From a bacterium (GTDB lineage Bacteria; Patescibacteriota; Minisyncoccia; Phycocordibacterales; UBA918): DNA of 64,000 nt. The notes beneath the pieces were generated by a model that was given only the letters and a program-made list of their open reading frames with translations, was not told where the DNA came from and made no database searches. Positions 1-9,805 of the stretch are shown one piece after another. The translations under genes were made by a program, and so were the position numbers. Where the stretch lies: NCBI GenBank assembly GCA_043719295.1, contig JAYSUD010000001.1, positions 97,700-161,699 of the forward strand. The letters are read 5' to 3'. Each line of letters begins with the position of its first letter. The stretch's first letter is position 1.

Positions 1-172
1 AGCGCAAGTGGTAGCACAACCAAGTTCGTTTTTGTCAGACTATATGGTGTACTTGGTACTCTCAATCTCAACGGTAGCTATTGGACTTGTGCTTATATTG
101 CTCGGACTTCATTTAGACTCACGTCAACGAAAATTTGGAATACTTGAACCAAAACAAGACGTGCTTGTATGA
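1..172 (+). CDS. 3' end of a protein with a C-terminal transmembrane anchor (partial)
   Basis: Open frame from nt 2 (AQVVAQ...YMVYLVLSISTVAIGLVLILLGLHL...VLV*). TGA overlaps the next ATG (ATGA). Confidence 0.7.
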   Translation, partial: AQVVAQPSSFLSDYMVYLVLSISTVAIGLVLILLGLHLDSRQRKFGILEPKQDVLV

Positions 173-1518
173 TCTCGTTCTTATTTTCACAAATTGTCAA
201 AGGTGCCCTCTATATAAAACAGCATCCACAGCTGTTGTTCGTATTGATTCTCCTTATTGTCATGCCTTTGTTGTTTTTGTACACAGGTCAACAATTTCTT
301 GATGTAAGCAAGTCAAATCAAGACAGACTACAAAAAGACAAGGTTGGAATTATGCACGACACACTTGCTTCGTTGCTTAAAGCAACTTCGTTTGATTCAG
401 TCATAATTGATACAGAATTATCAAAAATTGTAACTCTTAATCCCGACATTGTTGACTACATTGTTGCCAAAAAGGAGAATGGAGTGATTGTGCCTTTTGT
501 CGCAAAGAACGAGAAAACACTTGGTGTCACACCAACTGATGTTGATCTCTATGTGAATTCTTCACTTCGTACTGATGAGTCAATTATTTTCGAATTCCTA
601 GAAAATGAAGCAAGAACGTGGTCTGCATATCGATATGTGCAAAGTGAGACTGGCGACTCATACTTTATTTATACAAAACTTTCGCTCTCGGCAACTGATA
701 CACTTTTTGCACAAAAAGAGCGTCAGGCGTACATGAGTTTACTCTTCGTGTATCTCTTTATTATCGCGCTTGCATATTGGCACATAAAACTTACCGACTA
801 TCGTTTTTTGTATGTACAAGCCAAACAAGCAATAGAAATGAAAGATCTGTTTACTAACATGATTGCACACGAACTTCGAGCGCCACTTACTGCAATACGT
901 GGGTATGCAAGTATCTTAGAACATAACAGTGTAAACGGAGCTCAAAAAGAACAGGCAAGTCGCATCGAACAATCTTCAGAACGACTTCTCCTTATTATCA
1001 ATGATCTACTTGATGTGGCTCGTATACAATCTGGAAAATTAACGGTAACTAAAGAACCTGTTGATGTAACACAAGTTATTGATGCTGTATTAGAAGAGTT
1101 AACAATATCTGCAGAAGAAAAACAAATAGTGTTGAAGCGAGAAGAGATACTTCATAATCCAGTTGTAATAAGTGACACTGCACGTTTGCATCAAGCTATG
1201 ACCAACTTAGTAAGTAATGCAATTAAGTACACCAAAGATGGCACAATCACAATTGGAATCGAAGAAAAACGAGCGTTTGTAGAAATACGGGTAAAAGATA
1301 CGGGTATGGGAATTTCATCGGATGATCAGAAAAAGTTATTCGCACCTTTTTTCAGAGTTGCACATGCTGACATTAGCTCGATTACCGGTACAGGCCTTGG
1401 CATGTGGATTACCAAGCAATTGATTGAACTTATGGGCGGTTCTATAGGTGTTGAATCAATTAAGAATGTTGGAACACAGATTGTGATTTTACTCCCTAAA
1501 GAACTAAAAGTGAGTTAA
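169..1518 (+). CDS. membrane sensor histidine kinase
   Basis: Two TM segments; H-box AHELRAPL; N-box NLVSNAIKY; G-boxes DTGMG and GTGLG. Confidence 0.93.
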   Translation: MISFLFSQIVKGALYIKQHPQLLFVLILLIVMPLLFLYTGQQFLDVSKSNQDRLQKDKVGIMHDTLASLLKATSFDSVIIDTELSKIVTLNPDIVDYIVAKKENGVIVPFVAKNEKTLGVTPTDVDLYVNSSLRTDESIIFEFLENEARTWSAYRYVQSETGDSYFIYTKLSLSATDTLFAQKERQAYMSLLFVYLFIIALAYWHIKLTDYRFLYVQAKQAIEMKDLFTNMIAHELRAPLTAIRGYASILEHNSVNGAQKEQASRIEQSSERLLLIINDLLDVARIQSGKLTVTKEPVDVTQVIDAVLEELTISAEEKQIVLKREEILHNPVVISDTARLHQAMTNLVSNAIKYTKDGTITIGIEEKRAFVEIRVKDTGMGISSDDQKKLFAPFFRVAHADISSITGTGLGMWITKQLIELMGGSIGVESIKNVGTQIVILLPKELKVS

Positions 1519-1721
1519 GACGTACACAAACGGCACACTTCTTCGTTGTACTGCGCAAAATACTCCTCAATGTACTATGCGTACACCTCGTCATATTTTA
1601 CTTGTTTCCTACTGAAACTGTTTAGGTTATCGCTCTTTTTCCAAAAGAGTAGGCAACCTCTTGCGAAGTGACATTAAGTCACTTCTCACGCCTCGAATTG
1701 CACTCGTTTGTGCACGTCTTA
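1516..1721. repeat. dispersed ~124-nt structured repeat, copy 1, with an 82-nt insert (1606-1687)
   Basis: Terminal IR taagacgtacacaaacg / cgtttgtgcacgtctta. Core gcacacttcttcgttgtactgc...cgcctcgaattgcact is shared with the other copies. Confidence 0.92.
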
Positions 1722-1844
1722 TTGTAAGTTTTTTAAAATTGGTTTGTTTAAGAGAAATTAGGTATACTCTTCGTATACAACTTGTGCCCGCATGCACAAG
1801 CTATTTTAAGTGGTACAAAACATTACAATATTAAATCAATTATT

Positions 1845-4484
1845 ATGCCGGCAAAAAAAACAACAGTGAAATGGGAAGAGCCGGTTGGAGGACAAAAAAT
1901 CATTGTTCGTGGTGCACGTACACACAATCTTAAAAACATTGATGTGGAGATGCCGCGAGGAAAAATGATTGCAATCACCGGACCCTCAGGGAGCGGGAAG
2001 TCTTCGCTTGCATTTGATACTATTTTTGCTGAAGGACAACGTCGTTATGTTGAGTCACTTTCTCCATACGCACGACAGTTTCTCAATAAAATGCAAAAAC
2101 CTGATGTTGATGAGATCTCCGGCCTCTCTCCTGCAATTTCTATTGATCAAAAATCGGCAAGTCGGAACCCACGTTCAACGGTAGCAACAATTACCGAGAT
2201 TTATGACTACTTGCGTATTTTGTATGCACGTGTTGGGCAACCGTATTGCCTTGATGTTGATGTACAGATTCAAAAACTTTCACAAGATGAAATCCTCGGC
2301 ATTGTATTAAAATCAATTGAAGAAAAAGAAGTACAAAAAGCAACAAAAGAACAAACACAAAGTGTGATGGGTATTGAGCTTTCTAAAGGCAGAGTTTCCA
2401 TTTTCTCACCGGTAGTTGTAGGACGTAAAGGTGAGTACTATCAACTTCTCTATGACCTTTTAGCTAAAGGATACGAAACCGTTAAAATTGATGGAGAAAT
2501 AAAACAACTTCGAGAAAAAATTATTCTTACAAAAACAAAACGCCACGACATTGACGTGCTTGTAGATGAGATCTACGTAAGTGAATTTACCCAAGATCCT
2601 AAAAACTCACGAGAGCGACTTTCGGAAGCTGTTGAACTTGCGCTCGCACAGTCAAATGGGTTGGTAAAAATTAAAAGTCCCGACGGAGCAGAACGAACAC
2701 TTTCAGCGAAGTTCATCTGTCCTTCTGACGGATCATCATTTCCTGAGGTTGAACCACGTCTGTTCTCGTTTAACTCACCGTATGGTGCCTGTCCTGAATG
2801 TAATGGTTTAGGAGTTGTGGGGATTTTCCAAAGTGATGTGTGTACGGTGTGTAAAGGTGCTCGATTGCGTCCTGAAGCGTTGCGTGTCTACCTTGGAGGA
2901 GATGGAAAGAAAAACCTCGGAATGAATATTGTTGATTTTACAAACCTCACCGTTAAAGGTGCAACCGATTTCATTGCACAGCTACAGTTAAGTAAGCGAC
3001 AACACGACATTGCATGGCCTGCATTACGTGAAATTGTTGAACGTCTTGAGTTTATGAATAACGTCGGTATTGAGTACCTTACGTTAAATCGTCGTGCAAA
3101 CACCCTTTCAGGAGGTGAAGCACAGCGTATTCGTCTTGCGTCACAGCTTGGTTCGGGCCTTGTTGGAGCACTCTATGTACTTGATGAACCAACAATTGGG
3201 TTACATCAACGGGATAACGACAAACTCGTTAAAACACTCCGTGAACTTTGTGATCTTGGAAATACCATCATTATTGTTGAGCATGATGAAGACACTATCT
3301 ATGCGTCGGACTACCTTATTGATATCGGCCCTGGAGCAGGAACCCATGGAGGGGAAGTGGTGGTGTCGGGCTATTTAGAGCCACTGTTAACTGCTAAAAC
3401 AAATGTATCAGGCTCAATTACGCTTGACTACCTTCGAGGAGACAAAACAATTGCAATACCGGAACGACGTTCAAGTGAGAAAGGTTCAATTAAAATTAAA
3501 GGAGGAAAAGCATTCAACATTAAAAACTTAAATGTTGATATTCCGCTTGGACGTTTGATTACTGTAACCGGAGTTTCAGGAAGTGGTAAGTCAACCTTCA
3601 TGTACGAGATTCTTCATAAGAACCTCCAGTCACGACTTGAAAAAAAGTTTAGAACTCCACATACATACAACTGTACTTCCTTTAGTGGAAGCGAATACCT
3701 TGGGCGATCAATCCTCATTGATCAGTCACCAATTGGAAGAACTCCTCGCTCAAACCCCGCAACATACACGGGTGCGTTTTCACATATTCGTGACATGTTT
3801 GCAGCCTCAGGCGAAGCACGTGCCCGCGGGTGGAAGCCAGGACGATTTAGTTTCAACGTTAAAGGTGGTCGGTGTGAAGCGTGCCAAGGAAATGGTGAGA
3901 TAGCCGTTGAGATGCACTTCCTTCCAACGGTTTACGTGATGTGTGACATCTGCGATGGAAAGCGATTTACAAAAGAAACTCTAGAAGTAACCTACAAGGG
4001 TAAAAACATTTACGAGGTTTTAAACCTCACTATTGAAGAAGCAACGAAGTTCTTTAAAGATGTACCATCAATTCACGAACGTCTTGCGTCGTTGCTTGAT
4101 GTGGGACTCGGATACCTTGCTCTTGGACAAAGTGCAACCACGCTTTCAGGTGGAGAAGCACAGCGGGTTAAAATTGCCTCTGAACTGTATCGTCCGCATA
4201 CACAAAAAAGTATCTACCTCCTTGATGAGCCAACTATAGGTCTCCATTACGAAGACGTTAAAAAACTCATTGAAATTCTGCAACAACTCGTTGTTCGTGG
4301 GAATACCGTGATGGTTATTGAGCACAATCTCGACTTAATCAAGTCTTCTGACTACATTCTCGATATTGGCCCTGAAGGTGGTCTTGGAGGCGGTAATTTG
4401 GTCGCTAAAGGCACCCCTGAAGAGGTGGCACAAGTTGAAAAGTCCCATACAGGTCGGTATTTGAAGCGTGCATTAGAAAAGTAA
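1845..4484 (+). CDS. uvrA: excinuclease ABC subunit A
   Basis: [10 protein letters not shown]; two Walker A motifs ([16 protein letters not shown]); LSGGEAQR signatures. Start moved to ATG 1845. Confidence 0.97.
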   Translation: MPAKKTTVKWEEPVGGQKIIVRGARTHNLKNIDVEMPRGKMIAITGPSGSGKSSLAFDTIFAEGQRRYVESLSPYARQFLNKMQKPDVDEISGLSPAISIDQKSASRNPRSTVATITEIYDYLRILYARVGQPYCLDVDVQIQKLSQDEILGIVLKSIEEKEVQKATKEQTQSVMGIELSKGRVSIFSPVVVGRKGEYYQLLYDLLAKGYETVKIDGEIKQLREKIILTKTKRHDIDVLVDEIYVSEFTQDPKNSRERLSEAVELALAQSNGLVKIKSPDGAERTLSAKFICPSDGSSFPEVEPRLFSFNSPYGACPECNGLGVVGIFQSDVCTVCKGARLRPEALRVYLGGDGKKNLGMNIVDFTNLTVKGATDFIAQLQLSKRQHDIAWPALREIVERLEFMNNVGIEYLTLNRRANTLSGGEAQRIRLASQLGSGLVGALYVLDEPTIGLHQRDNDKLVKTLRELCDLGNTIIIVEHDEDTIYASDYLIDIGPGAGTHGGEVVVSGYLEPLLTAKTNVSGSITLDYLRGDKTIAIPERRSSEKGSIKIKGGKAFNIKNLNVDIPLGRLITVTGVSGSGKSTFMYEILHKNLQSRLEKKFRTPHTYNCTSFSGSEYLGRSILIDQSPIGRTPRSNPATYTGAFSHIRDMFAASGEARARGWKPGRFSFNVKGGRCEACQGNGEIAVEMHFLPTVYVMCDICDGKRFTKETLEVTYKGKNIYEVLNLTIEEATKFFKDVPSIHERLASLLDVGLGYLALGQSATTLSGGEAQRVKIASELYRPHTQKSIYLLDEPTIGLHYEDVKKLIEILQQLVVRGNTVMVIEHNLDLIKSSDYILDIGPEGGLGGGNLVAKGTPEEVAQVEKSHTGRYLKRALEK

Positions 4485-4581
4485 GTGAAAGTGTTAATAG
4501 TGCATTTGTACATTCATCTTTCTGGTATACTTAATTTTTAAGAGGCAAAGTGCTTCGTAACCTTAAGCAAGGGAGTTCCTA

Positions 4582-4908
4582 ATGAACGTTCTTTCAACAA
4601 ATCGTGCTGATGCACTGTCGACAGCGTTTGGTGATGCAAAGAATAATCCACTTTCAGCAGTTTGTTGCATCAATCTCGATGTTACTTCAAGTCAAGAAGA
4701 GGTTACTTCAACCTTCACCAAAGTTTTTTTATCAAGATCAAAAAACAACCTGACTTTTGAGTGGTCCCAAAGAACACTCGCTGAAGGCATAAAGCTCTTT
4801 ATTAGGGAAAAGCAAATTCCAGATTTTGTCGCTCGGTTTATCGCCGGTGTCTCTATCGGGGAAATCGACCCAACGACAGTAGTTACCCAAACGAAGTCGC
4901 CGCCCTAA
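4582..4908 (+). CDS. hypothetical protein
   Basis: 108-aa ORF with a GGGAG Shine-Dalgarno upstream and a hairpin (4895-4921) at its end. Confidence 0.6.
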   Translation: MNVLSTNRADALSTAFGDAKNNPLSAVCCINLDVTSSQEEVTSTFTKVFLSRSKNNLTFEWSQRTLAEGIKLFIREKQIPDFVARFIAGVSIGEIDPTTVVTQTKSPP

Positions 4909-4947
4909 CTAGGTGGCGACTGTTACGTTTGGTATAGTTGATAATCA

Positions 4948-6183
4948 ATGGAAAAAATAGCCCTGACAAAAAAGAAACTACCTGATTCGCCTGGCGTGTA
5001 TTTTTTCTTAGGGTCAAAAAAAGAAATTCTATACATAGGCAAAGCTACCTCACTTAAAAGTCGGTTACAGAGTTATTTTTCATCTGATATTGCAACAAAA
5101 CGTTCAAAGCTTATAGAACAAATGGTATCAGAAGCAAAATCAGTTGATGTAACAAAAACTGATTCGGTACTGGAGGCTCTTATCTTAGAGTGCAACCTCA
5201 TTCGAACGCACAAACCAAAGTACAACTCAATATCAAAAGACGATAAAAGTTATAACCACTTAGTAATAACCAATGAAGAATTTCCGCGGGTTCTTGTTGT
5301 TCGCGGAAAAGACCTCACGGCAAAATTCAACGAAGATGAAATTTTGTATCACTTTGGTCCGTTCACCAGTGGCACGTTGTTTAGAGAAGCACTTAACATC
5401 ATTCGGAAGTTATTTAAATTTTATGACACAAAAGTCCCTGTAGGAAAAGAAAAGTCTAAGATGGCACGAGGATTGATTGATTTTAATAAACAAATTGGAC
5501 TTTTTCCAACAGAAGATAATAAAAAACAATACAACCAAACTATTCGCTATGTTCGACTTTTTTTCCAAGGGAAGAAAAAACAAATTATTGCTGAACTGCA
5601 AAAAGAAATGATGTCGCTTGCAAAAAAGCAGTTATTTGAAGATGCGAACATCATAAAACGTAAAATATACGCGTTGCAACACATTCAAGATGTTGCACTT
5701 ATTAAAGATGAGTCTAAAAAATATACCGATGACCGAAGAGTACGTATTGAAGCGTACGACATTGCACACCTGGCTGGGGAAGACATGGTTGGTGTAATGA
5801 CAGTGGTTGAAGGTGGCGAAGCACGTTCTTTTGAATACAAAAAGTTTAAAATTAGAAGTCAAACAGGAAGCAATGACGTAGGAGCTCTTAAAGAAGTACT
5901 TACAAGAAGACTCGCGCACCCAGAGTGGACCCTGCCACAAATTATTGTTGTAGACGGAAGTACTGCACAGAAAAATGCAGCCGAACACGTGTTGCGAACA
6001 CACGATATTCTCATTCCTGTTGTTGCAGTTGTAAAAGATGAGCGCCATAAACCAATACGTGTCATTGCCTCAAAAAAACTCTTAGCTATGTATGAGAGTG
6101 ATATACTCTTGTGTAACGCAGAGTCACATAGATTTGCACTTGCATACCACCAAAAGAAACGAAATAAACGAGCCCTTTTGTAA
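4948..6183 (+). CDS. uvrC: UvrC-like excinuclease (GIY-YIG, UVR and RNase H-like domains; no C-terminal HhH)
   Basis: LPDSPGVYFF, ILYIGKA, PKYN, IEAYDIAH, IVVDG, ESHRFA; close to uvrA. Confidence 0.88.
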   Translation: MEKIALTKKKLPDSPGVYFFLGSKKEILYIGKATSLKSRLQSYFSSDIATKRSKLIEQMVSEAKSVDVTKTDSVLEALILECNLIRTHKPKYNSISKDDKSYNHLVITNEEFPRVLVVRGKDLTAKFNEDEILYHFGPFTSGTLFREALNIIRKLFKFYDTKVPVGKEKSKMARGLIDFNKQIGLFPTEDNKKQYNQTIRYVRLFFQGKKKQIIAELQKEMMSLAKKQLFEDANIIKRKIYALQHIQDVALIKDESKKYTDDRRVRIEAYDIAHLAGEDMVGVMTVVEGGEARSFEYKKFKIRSQTGSNDVGALKEVLTRRLAHPEWTLPQIIVVDGSTAQKNAAEHVLRTHDILIPVVAVVKDERHKPIRVIASKKLLAMYESDILLCNAESHRFALAYHQKKRNKRALL

Positions 6184-6223
6184 CAAAATTCGAATTGTGC
6201 TTGTTATAGCTAACGAGTATGAA

Positions 6224-6326
6224 TCCCGTTAGAAGTTAATGGGATATCTCAAATCGAGGAAAAGAGTGTTTTTTTGTAGAGAGTGTAGAATGTAAGCATT
6301 AAATTATTAATTAACTTCTAACGGGA
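6224..6326. mobile_element. MITE-like element, 103 bp, 17-bp perfect TIRs, 4-bp TGAA target duplication
   Basis: tcccgttagaagttaat (6224-6240) / attaacttctaacggga (6310-6326), flanked by TGAA at 6220-6223 and 6327-6330. Confidence 0.78.
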
Positions 6327-7171
6327 TGAAAATCGGATTTATCGGACAAGGTTGGATAGGGAAACATTACGCAGACGAATTTGAATCACGCATGTATACG
6401 GTTGTTCGCTATTCGCTTGAAGAACCATACGTACAAAATAAAGCACAAATTGCAGATTGTGAAGTGGTGTTTATTGCAGTTCCAACACCAACACATAATG
6501 GTGTTTTTGATGCATCTATTGTAAGTGATGCTTTAGCACTTGTTGGGGAGGGTCACACGGCTGTTATAAAATCAACTCTTATCCCAGGAACTACAGAAGC
6601 ATTACAAAAAAAATACCCTTCAATCTTCGTACTCCATAGTCCTGAGTTTCTCGTTGAAGCAACTGCAGCACATGATGCTGCAAAACCCCAACGTAACTTA
6701 GTAGGTATTCCAATTGATACTCCAGAATATCGAGAGAAGGCAGTTTCTATACTTCGTATTTTACCTGAAGCTCCGTATAAAAAAGTAATGTTGTCACGTG
6801 ATGCTGAGATGGTTAAGTACGCTGGTAACTGTTTTCTTTTTACAAAAGTACTCTACATGAACCTTTTGTATGACTTAGCACAAGCAAGTGGCTGTAACTG
6901 GCAGTCTCTACAAGAAGCACTTGTCCACGATCCACGTATTGGCACAAGTCATACACAACCAGCCCATGGTACAGGTCGCGGTGCAGGAGGTCATTGTCTT
7001 ATTAAAGATTTTGAAGCAATGCGGCTTCTCTATAAAGACGTGGTTGGCGATACCCAAGGCGATGACCTATTGCGTGCAATGGTAGAGACGAATAATGCAT
7101 TACTTAAAAACAGTAATAAAGATTTAGATTTACTTGAGGGAGTGTATGGAAAGGACCTCAACGTTGTGTAA
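6326..7171 (+). CDS. UDP-glucose/GDP-mannose dehydrogenase family protein (short form)
   Basis: GQGWIG Rossmann motif, FIAVPTP, IKST, SPEFL, catalytic GGHCLIKD. At 281 aa it lacks the C-terminal domain. Confidence 0.85.
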   Translation: MKIGFIGQGWIGKHYADEFESRMYTVVRYSLEEPYVQNKAQIADCEVVFIAVPTPTHNGVFDASIVSDALALVGEGHTAVIKSTLIPGTTEALQKKYPSIFVLHSPEFLVEATAAHDAAKPQRNLVGIPIDTPEYREKAVSILRILPEAPYKKVMLSRDAEMVKYAGNCFLFTKVLYMNLLYDLAQASGCNWQSLQEALVHDPRIGTSHTQPAHGTGRGAGGHCLIKDFEAMRLLYKDVVGDTQGDDLLRAMVETNNALLKNSNKDLDLLEGVYGKDLNVV

Positions 7172-7207
7172 ATTTTATTCATAAAAGCCCTGTGATAGAA
7201 TAATTGT

Positions 7208-8185
7208 ATGTTTGACGCTCCTCACAAAAACAGAATAGCAGTGTTACGAGGTGGCCCTTGTGTTGAGCATGATATCTCCATGAAAACAGGAGGTGGCGTT
7301 CTTGCAACGCTTATTGATACTCCTTTTGTTACCAAAGACATCATTATTACAAAAGGCGGTGAGTGGCTCGTGCATGGCTTTGTAAAAACACCAGAACAAG
7401 CACTTGTTGATATCGACATTGTATTTATCGCACTTCACGGAAGTTATGGCGAAGACGGTACGGTACAAAGAATTTTAGAGCGTCTTAACATGCCGTACAC
7501 GGGGAGTAATTCCTTTGCCTCATGTATTGCAATGAACAAAGTCCTTACTAAGGAATTTCTCAAAAAACAAAGTACAACCATAAAGATGGCACCACACATT
7601 AAGATTACTAAAGACGGTGTTGCTAACGTAACTCAACTTGCAACAAGTATCATGCAATTGTTTGGACCAGAGTACGTCATTAAACCCGTTTCAGGTGGTT
7701 CGTCTATTGGTACTGTCTTAGCTACCCAAGGAAGTTTGGTACGAAGCATTGTGTCTGCACTTGAAGAGAACGACGAAATAATTGTCGAACAAAGAATTAA
7801 TGGAAAAGAGGCAACCGTTGGAATCTTAGAAAACTTTAGATCACAACCGCACTATCAACTACCTGAAATTGAAATTGTACCTCCAGAAAACGCAGAGTTT
7901 TTCTCAGCAGACGTAAAATATACCGGAGAAACTCAAGAAATCTGTCCGGGTAGATTTTCAAGAGCAGAAAAAGATGAGTTACTCCAAATTGCTAAAGATG
8001 TACATATCATTCTAGGTCTTAAGCAATACTCTCGTTCCGACTTTATCGTAGCAGAAGACGGTATCTACTTCCTTGAGGTAAACACACTTCCGGGGTTAAC
8101 TTCACAATCACTATTTCCAAAATCAATGGAGGCTGTTGGAAGTAGCTATAATGAACTAGTAGTTCACTTGCTCACAACAGTTTAG
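7208..8185 (+). CDS. ddl: D-alanine--D-alanine ligase
   Basis: ALHGSYGEDG, GGSSIG, RSDF, LEVNTLPG. Confidence 0.93.
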   Translation: MFDAPHKNRIAVLRGGPCVEHDISMKTGGGVLATLIDTPFVTKDIIITKGGEWLVHGFVKTPEQALVDIDIVFIALHGSYGEDGTVQRILERLNMPYTGSNSFASCIAMNKVLTKEFLKKQSTTIKMAPHIKITKDGVANVTQLATSIMQLFGPEYVIKPVSGGSSIGTVLATQGSLVRSIVSALEENDEIIVEQRINGKEATVGILENFRSQPHYQLPEIEIVPPENAEFFSADVKYTGETQEICPGRFSRAEKDELLQIAKDVHIILGLKQYSRSDFIVAEDGIYFLEVNTLPGLTSQSLFPKSMEAVGSSYNELVVHLLTTV

Positions 8186-8200
8186 TTCCTACCTATCAAT

Positions 8201-8497
8201 ATGAAAAAGAAAGTGACTCCACTAACAAAAAAAGAGATTCTTAAACTTAAAAAGTCGCTACCTTTGTGGACATTCAATAAAAAGGAAACAGAAATCTCGC
8301 GAACCTATACAACCAAAACACACATTGATGCTTTGGTGCTCATCGCTCGTATTACCGTTCATGCTCAAGTTTTAAATCATCATCCAGAAATTATTTTTTC
8401 ATACGCTAAACTTAAAATCACCCTCACCACGCACGATGTTAAAGGACTTTCTAAACTTGATCTAGAGCTAGCTACACAGATTGACTTACTTTTATAA
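8201..8497 (+). CDS. pterin-4-alpha-carbinolamine dehydratase family protein
   Basis: NHHPEI...LTTHDVKGLSKLD motif. Confidence 0.88.
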   Translation: MKKKVTPLTKKEILKLKKSLPLWTFNKKETEISRTYTTKTHIDALVLIARITVHAQVLNHHPEIIFSYAKLKITLTTHDVKGLSKLDLELATQIDLLL

Positions 8498-8561
8498 GTT
8501 GTATCGAGTAAAGGGGATAATTAAATACTCACACAAACATCGAGTGCTATACTGTTTGTAT

Positions 8562-9197
8562 ATGGAAGGACATAGACATGAAAAAGTAGCAATCGTTATT
8601 TGTGCATACATTATTGGTTTTACCACCGCATTTATTGGCTTTGGGGTTAACTCACTTCAGAAGAAAGAAGTGCCCTATGTGCCCGTACAAGCAAACGCAA
8701 CAAAAGAAATTCAGAAAAACGTTGTCACGAGTATTAGTTTTGGAGATGATGGACTCTATGCAGTAACCCCTGCGGGCAATATCCTTCTCTCAGTTAACAA
8801 ATCAGCTCTTGAGGCAAGTGTTATTGGCGCAACAAGAAATTCGGGGTACTACTTTGCTATCGTTGATGCTGAAGCATCACGAGATGGTAAGTTTGTATAC
8901 TTCTGTGAACAGCTCATGGAAAATGACACAACCTGCGATCCATACGTCTACGACCTACAAGGTGATATTCTCCACAAAGTCTCACAAAATGGCGAAGCAA
9001 TAAGCTCAGATGTAAAAACACACGCTTCAGCATGGGACGAAAACGGCATGTTGTCCCTTAACGGAAACCAGAGTGTATCCAACGCAAAGCCATGGGAACT
9101 AGCTGTAGCTCAAAACGAAGTAATGGCAACTGAAGAAAACTCAGCAGAAGCACCAGATCAAGATCCCGTCCAATCAGAAGAAGTCCAAGTACAATAA
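8562..9197 (+). CDS. membrane-anchored hypothetical protein
   Basis: N-terminal TM helix. Start moved to ATG 8562, 8 nt after TGnTATACT. Confidence 0.7.
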   Translation: MEGHRHEKVAIVICAYIIGFTTAFIGFGVNSLQKKEVPYVPVQANATKEIQKNVVTSISFGDDGLYAVTPAGNILLSVNKSALEASVIGATRNSGYYFAIVDAEASRDGKFVYFCEQLMENDTTCDPYVYDLQGDILHKVSQNGEAISSDVKTHASAWDENGMLSLNGNQSVSNAKPWELAVAQNEVMATEENSAEAPDQDPVQSEEVQVQ

Positions 9198-9281
9198 GAG
9201 TTATTTGTTGACTTATTGGTCCCAAATACGTATTATAGTGCTCACCTTGAATAACAAGTGTTATTAATAGGTGAGCAACAC

Positions 9282-9354
9282 GGGCCAATAGCTCATTTGG
9301 TAGAGCGCTTCACTTGCACTGAAGAGGCGGGGGGTTCGAATCCTCTTTGGTCCA
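9282..9354 (+). tRNA. tRNA-Ala(UGC), CCA not encoded
   Basis: Acceptor GGGCCAA/TTGGTCC with G3:U70; anticodon arm cttca-ctTGCac-tgaag; T-loop GTTCGAATC; discriminator A. Confidence 0.95.
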
Positions 9355-9356
9355 CA

Positions 9357-9584
9357 AACTGTAGGGCTCAAATGCGAATGCATTTGAGCCCTTTACAGTT
9401 TGCGACCAAAGAGGATTCGAAAGACGCAAGCCGGGGCCCCTCTGGGAGCGGCGGTAAAACAGTATCGGAATACTGTTTTACGGGTCGAGAGTACTTACTA
9501 GAATTGGAGCGAAGCGAACAATTATAGTTAAATAAAACTTTCTGGGAGATAGTTTTATCGTGACCGATTCCTCTTTGGTCCACA
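9357..9584. mobile_element. 228-bp non-coding element bounded by a direct repeat of the tRNA 3' end
   Basis: tcctctttggtccaca at 9341-9356 and 9569-9584; inverted 18-nt tRNA copy at 9404-9421; several internal hairpins. Confidence 0.65.
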
Positions 9585-9756
9585 CCTTACTTCAAGTAAA
9601 AATATAAAACGATAGCCCTCAAAAGTGGGCTTCCTCAGAGGCCGAAGCCCTAATGCATTTATAATATTCTCAAGTAGATCGGAGTCAAGATATCGTACTG
9701 TGCTTAAATACCCAAAAACTCACCAATAACCGTGAAAAACTACAAAACTTCGTCTT

Positions 9757-9799
9757 TTTTCACGATTATCATTGACATAATCGTGAAAATTACTATAAT
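9757..9799 (+). promoter_or_regulatory. sigma70 promoter overlapped by a 13-bp inverted-repeat operator
   Basis: TTGACA 9772-9777, TATAAT 9794-9799; ttttcacgattat (9757-9769) / ataatcgtgaaaa (9777-9789). Confidence 0.75.
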
Positions 9800-9805
9800 A
9801 TTGAT

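Noticed and set aside
2744-2758. gaggttgaaccac in uvrA resembling the REP
   Set aside because: Explained by the conserved UvrA peptide E-x-EPR-x-FSFN.
9258-9583. ORF-track ORFs 9258-9527 (+) and 9368-9583 (-)
   Set aside because: They overlap the tRNA and hairpin element and show no protein-like features.
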